A stretch of 58,941 nt of DNA from a virus (lineage: Duplodnaviria > Caudoviricetes): IMG/VR virus record IMGVR_UViG_3300010354_000100, positions 1-58,941 of that record; one strand, given 5' to 3'. Position 1 is the stretch's first letter, and the number at the start of each line of letters is the position of its first letter. Both the position numbers and the translations under genes were made by a program. A model generated the notes under the pieces. That model had not been told where the DNA came from, searched no databases, and was given only the letters and a program-made list of their open reading frames with translations. Shown here in pieces: positions 54,903 to 58,941 of this stretch.

Positions 54903-56171
54903 ATGGCTATGGACAGCCGTTTGAAGGAACTTAAGGGTGCACTCAAGGATGTCCTCGCACAGAACGACGCAATCGTCGACCATGTCGAGGCCAACCGCGA
55001 AGAGGGCGGCCCTGAAGTTCAAGTTGAAGCAAAGCATGTCGAGGCGTTCCGTTCGGGACTTGCCAAGGCTCGCGAAATCCGTTCAGAGATTGAGGCCCTT
55101 GAGGGTCTTCAGGAAGTCAAGGCTTGGGCCGCCGGTTCGTCGGCTCAAATCTCGACTGCCCAGAAGTCGCTCTACTTGCCTGGTGACGAAAAGAAGTCAC
55201 TTGGTCAGCGCTTCGTTGACTCTGACGAGTTCAAGAGCATGGGCAATGGCCGCAATGGTTACACCATGCATGCTCCGTATCAGGTGAAGGACATCTTCAC
55301 TGCATTGCCGACAGGCACCCCTGGCGACTTCGGTACGCCAGTTCGCGAAGGCATCGTGGAGCGCGCAAAGCGTGCTATGCGAGTCCGCGACCTGTTCCCG
55401 GTGCAGCAGACCAACACCAACATGATTGAGTACTTCCGCGTCAGCGGATTTACCAACAACGCGTCGACAGTTGCTGAGCGCTCGGGTTCGCCCGCCGTGT
55501 TCACAGCCAAGCCGCAGTCATCCATGACCGTCGTGGGTGTGCAGGCTCCGGTCCGCACAATCGCCCACTACGAGGTTGCCCACCGCAACGTTCTTGACGA
55601 TGAGCCCACACTTCGTGGCATCATCGACAACGAGTTGCTCTACGGCCTCCGCCTCGTGGAAGATGACCAGATTTTGAACGGTGACGGAACAGGTTCAAAC
55701 CTGACCGGTATCCGTGAGACATCGGGCATCCAGACTCAGGTGTGGAGCGATGGCGTCGCTGGTGACACCCGCATTGACGTTATCCGTCGTGCAATCACCA
55801 AGTCGTTGCTCGCCTACTACGAGCCAACGGGCATCATCGTTCACCCGAACGACATGGAAGACCTCGAACTGACCAAGGATGCCGAAGAGCGTCACTTGAT
55901 GGTCATGTCGGTGTCGCTTGGTGCAGAAGCACGCCTGTGGCGTCTGCCGATGGTCGCCACTCCGGCAATCACCGAGGGCTACGCTCTCGTTGGTTCGTTC
56001 GGTATCGGCGCCACGCTGTACGACCGCATGGAAGGCAACATCCGCGTTGCTGAGCAGCACAGCGACTTCTTCATCCGGAACGCAGTTGCGATTCTGGCCG
56101 AAGAGCGTCTTGCTCTTGCTGTCAAGCGTCCGGAGTCGTTCGTCGAGGTTGAATTCGACGCAGCGCCCTGA
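54903..56171 (+). CDS. major capsid protein (HK97 fold)
   Basis: delta domain; RVRDL, E....KP.S, TIAH, D.QILNGDG, HP.D, F.RN..AILAEERL.L.V.RP..F. Confidence 0.95.
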   Translation: MAMDSRLKELKGALKDVLAQNDAIVDHVEANREEGGPEVQVEAKHVEAFRSGLAKAREIRSEIEALEGLQEVKAWAAGSSAQISTAQKSLYLPGDEKKSLGQRFVDSDEFKSMGNGRNGYTMHAPYQVKDIFTALPTGTPGDFGTPVREGIVERAKRAMRVRDLFPVQQTNTNMIEYFRVSGFTNNASTVAERSGSPAVFTAKPQSSMTVVGVQAPVRTIAHYEVAHRNVLDDEPTLRGIIDNELLYGLRLVEDDQILNGDGTGSNLTGIRETSGIQTQVWSDGVAGDTRIDVIRRAITKSLLAYYEPTGIIVHPNDMEDLELTKDAEERHLMVMSVSLGAEARLWRLPMVATPAITEGYALVGSFGIGATLYDRMEGNIRVAEQHSDFFIRNAVAILAEERLALAVKRPESFVEVEFDAAP

Positions 56172-56193
56172 TTCTGAGCAGTCAGAAAAGATT

Positions 56194-56226
56194 GGCCCGG
56201 GGGGAAACCTCCGGGTCTTTCTTTTT
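56194..56226 (+). terminator. intrinsic terminator after the capsid gene
   Basis: GGCCCGGGGG-GAAA-CCTCCGGGTC followed by TTTCTTTTT. Confidence 0.8.
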
Positions 56227-56253
56227 GTATCGATGATGGGTTATGATGTAGTC

Positions 56254-56412
56254 ATGACACACGTAATCGCACCACGAGATATCTTCGAGACCCACAACGG
56301 CGTTGCCGTCAAGGTCAAGAGCCGAGGCGACCGGATGACGGTCGAAGAGGCGAAAAAGTACAAAGTCCTTCCAATCACTGTTTCGTCTGTCGCAAATATC
56401 GAAACGAAGTAG
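56254..56412 (+). CDS. small hypothetical protein
   Basis: follows the terminator. Confidence 0.55.
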   Translation: MTHVIAPRDIFETHNGVAVKVKSRGDRMTVEEAKKYKVLPITVSSVANIETK

Positions 56413-56415
56413 TCC

Positions 56416-56811
56416 GTGGACGAGTCCGAGAAAGACGGCTCCACGTCCTATGACTTCTCCGGCGCATGGGAGTTTCCCAACGCTTTCGCAGTAATCAAAA
56501 TGGGCATCTTGAAGATGTTCATGAATAGGGAGGACTTCTCCCCAGAAAACCCGTACGAGCAACTTATCTCAATAGTTACCGCAACTGGAATGATTCATAG
56601 CGCTTACGAACTTGGCAAAAATATCGAGATTAGGTATGGCTGGGAACTCCTGGATGACGAAAACATCATTATGCACTCCTGTTACGGAACCGTGGACAAG
56701 ATTGACATAAGGATTAAGGCTGACGAACCTGGATTCTTGCTGGATATGGGGGATGACGATTACGCGGCTTTTGCCTACAAGGATGTCTTCTGGGTTTGCG
56801 AGGCAAAGTAA
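56416..56811 (+). CDS. hypothetical protein
   Basis: in operon. Confidence 0.6.
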   Translation: MDESEKDGSTSYDFSGAWEFPNAFAVIKMGILKMFMNREDFSPENPYEQLISIVTATGMIHSAYELGKNIEIRYGWELLDDENIIMHSCYGTVDKIDIRIKADEPGFLLDMGDDDYAAFAYKDVFWVCEAK

Positions 56812-56853
56812 GCCAATTTCAATAATTTTCGTTGCTGGTGTATTATCGGCCGC

Positions 56854-57414
56854 ATGGCCATTCTCACTCCGGGCGACTTAGAGATATATATGGGCAAGAC
56901 CTTTACGGATGCCCAAGAAGACGCCGCACAGTCAATTCTTTCGAGCCTTGAAGCCGAACTTGAGTACTATCTCAACCGGCCCCTAGGTGCTCGTGTTTAT
57001 ACCGAGGAAGAACACAAACTTGTCCCTGGACAACGACAAATATTCTTGCGCCATGCTCCTGTTCAGAGTGTGACATCGTTTTATGTAGGAATGCCTGGTG
57101 AGGAAGTGCAGCAAAACATTGCTGACTTTGACATCTTTCCTTGGGGTATTGACAACATTCGGATTGCCGGAACGGGCAATCAGGCCTTGGTTACCTACAG
57201 CGCAGGAATGACGAGTACCGACACGGTAGCCCTAGAAAGAATTGTTTATTCTGCTGCTACCAGGGAGATGGGTAAATACCTGATTGATGCACAGGGCCTT
57301 GCTCGTCTCAATGTTGAGGGTACCGATTACATATTTCCAAATGCTGGAGAAGGAGGCTTCACGCAAGCAGAACTGAATTCTGTAAAGCGATTCAAGAGAA
57401 GGGTCATCGCTTAA
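56854..57414 (+). CDS. head-tail connector/adaptor
   Basis: position; E.YL.R.L, L..APV.SV, VTY.AG. Confidence 0.7.
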   Translation: MAILTPGDLEIYMGKTFTDAQEDAAQSILSSLEAELEYYLNRPLGARVYTEEEHKLVPGQRQIFLRHAPVQSVTSFYVGMPGEEVQQNIADFDIFPWGIDNIRIAGTGNQALVTYSAGMTSTDTVALERIVYSAATREMGKYLIDAQGLARLNVEGTDYIFPNAGEGGFTQAELNSVKRFKRRVIA

Positions 57415-57416
57415 TT

Positions 57417-57758
57417 ATGCGTGGGGCGGCTACGGCAATCGTCATTCGTAATATGAACGCAGAGTTCGCCGACTCTTCTGCCGAAGACGAAGGCATCTGG
57501 ACGAATGGTGGCAATGACACAACCATCTATGGTTCTGTTCACCAGAAAATGTCAGAAGAGGTTAACGAATCAACTGTCGGACAGTTGAGCGAGCAGAGGA
57601 ACATAATCTGTCGCATACCCCTTAGCGCATCTGTCACCTACGGAGACCAGATAGTTATCGCCGATGTGAATCCAGTAATCAACGGTACTTACGAAATCGA
57701 TTCTTTGATGTACACGAAGACTCATGTCCGGGCTGAATGCAGAAGGACGTTGCGCTGA
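57417..57758 (+). CDS. probable head closure protein
   Basis: synteny; GD.I...YEI. Confidence 0.55.
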   Translation: MRGAATAIVIRNMNAEFADSSAEDEGIWTNGGNDTTIYGSVHQKMSEEVNESTVGQLSEQRNIICRIPLSASVTYGDQIVIADVNPVINGTYEIDSLMYTKTHVRAECRRTLR

Positions 57759-57759
57759 T

Positions 57760-58269
57760 ATGGCAAAGACAACACCTACGCAAAAAGTATATAAAGCGTT
57801 GGAAGGCGTTGATGCCTCAATAAAAGGCATGGTGCTTGCCGGCATTTGGCAGATGCGACAAACGTCGGGCAAATTGGCAGATATGGGCAAAAAAGCCGTA
57901 CTGGTATCAATTTTGAAAAAGGGAAGTTACAAGCCATATTACAAAAAAGGACGCAAGAGATATTCATCGCACCCGGGCAGTCCGCCAGCAGCAGAAAGAG
58001 GCGAAGAACTAGAGCCGACAATATACGCAGAAACAAAGAGCAAGAACAATCAGAACCCTGCTGTTGCTGAATTTGGTTCTACTGCACCGTTTGCGCGCAA
58101 GTTGGAGTTCGGCACACCATCATTACCAGCCCGACCGTTTATGCTCCCGGCACGACAGACCGTTGCTCAAATTGCCAGACAGGTGGTTATGACTGACCTC
58201 GGACGTGCTTACGCAAAAAAGGCAAAGAAGATGAAGGCTCAAGAAATCAAGTTTGAGTTGGGGTTGTAA
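57760..58269 (+). CDS. HK97 gp10-like neck/tail protein
   Basis: S.PG.PPA..G.L, A..LEFGT....RPFM.PA. Confidence 0.75.
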   Translation: MAKTTPTQKVYKALEGVDASIKGMVLAGIWQMRQTSGKLADMGKKAVLVSILKKGSYKPYYKKGRKRYSSHPGSPPAAERGEELEPTIYAETKSKNNQNPAVAEFGSTAPFARKLEFGTPSLPARPFMLPARQTVAQIARQVVMTDLGRAYAKKAKKMKAQEIKFELGL

Positions 58270-58658
58270 TGGCATCGACAGGTGGCGCAATCCGAACCGC
58301 TCTGGTTGATGCGGCTATAACCGGCATCTCTTCGCGGATATACAGGGACATTGCTCCTCCGGAGACGACGTACCCGTACGTAACGATAAGCGATGAGATA
58401 ACAAATCAACCTGCTCTCCTTGGCGACAAAAGAGTTCTGGCCAGAAGTAGGCAGTTGCGTGTCAATCTTTGGCAACTGCGCACAGAAGAAAGCGTCGGAT
58501 TGATTGACGAAATTGTTGCCGCCCTTGACTCTGCCAATATTTCTGCAAACCAGTACGTTTATGGAGTTAGGGTGTTTGACATTCAAAGGCAGTTTGATTC
58601 AGAAGATGATACAATTTTGCACGCAATAACCCTCAACGTGATTCAAAAGGCCGAATAA
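58269..58658 (+). CDS. tail terminator (DUF3168-like)
   Basis: RIY...AP....YPYVT. Confidence 0.7.
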   Translation: MASTGGAIRTALVDAAITGISSRIYRDIAPPETTYPYVTISDEITNQPALLGDKRVLARSRQLRVNLWQLRTEESVGLIDEIVAALDSANISANQYVYGVRVFDIQRQFDSEDDTILHAITLNVIQKAE

Positions 58659-58941
58659 TGGCATTTACACAAGTAGTCGTAACCGGAACGTACCTTGAGA
58701 GCGGTACTGGCACGCCGAGAGATGGGCGTGTCACATTTTTGGCCACAGCGCCAATGCGTCAAGCATCGATAAACCAGACAATCGCTCCCACGGAAATAAC
58801 TGCCACATTGAGTGCTTCGGGCTCTTTTTCAGTCACGCTTTATGCAACAAACGACACTGACACTGAACCAAAAGGTGTAACCTACGAAGTGACAGAGCGC
58901 ATTAAGGGCGCTGCGCTAAACAAATATTTCATTTCCCTTGA
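58658..58941 (+). CDS. virion structural protein, truncated by the window end
   Basis: TAATG coupling; G.F.V.L.ATND...P....Y.V.E; open to the end. Confidence 0.6.
   Translation, partial: MAFTQVVVTGTYLESGTGTPRDGRVTFLATAPMRQASINQTIAPTEITATLSASGSFSVTLYATNDTDTEPKGVTYEVTERIKGAALNKYFISL

Overview
Segment of a large tailed dsDNA phage (HK97-fold head) that most likely infects Actinobacteria, judged from two WhiB genes, an Rv0185-like metallopeptidase, leaderless genes and CGAAC-N4-GTTCG SOS boxes. The window has three parts. (1) 1-4.5 kb: regulatory and metabolic genes (WhiB, SAM decarboxylase, HAD-like, 2OG-Fe(II) oxygenase, two HExxH proteins). (2) About 4.6-29.5 kb: a modular early/accessory region of about 45 co-oriented sigma70-type promoter + leader + small ORF + hairpin cassettes. 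It is punctuated by 11 copies of a fixed-geometry bipartite repeat (AATAAATCCG-N8-GGAACACCAT). The intergenic DNA also carries LexA-, DnaA- and GlnR/MtrA-like boxes, an iteron-like palindrome cluster, two promoter-driven structured ncRNA candidates, and a final block poor in homodinucleotides that includes (AC)14. (3) 29.5-58.9 kb: PAPS-reductase-like gene, tRNA-Thr, a second WhiB, terminase, HNH, lytic transglycosylase, an atypical tRNA(UAU), a glycosylation cluster, S8 protease, class II RNR, MazG, exonuclease, SSB, portal fused to a MuF-like domain, an 870-aa multi-domain prohead protease, major capsid and neck genes. All family calls are from motif recognition by eye; no searches or computations were run.
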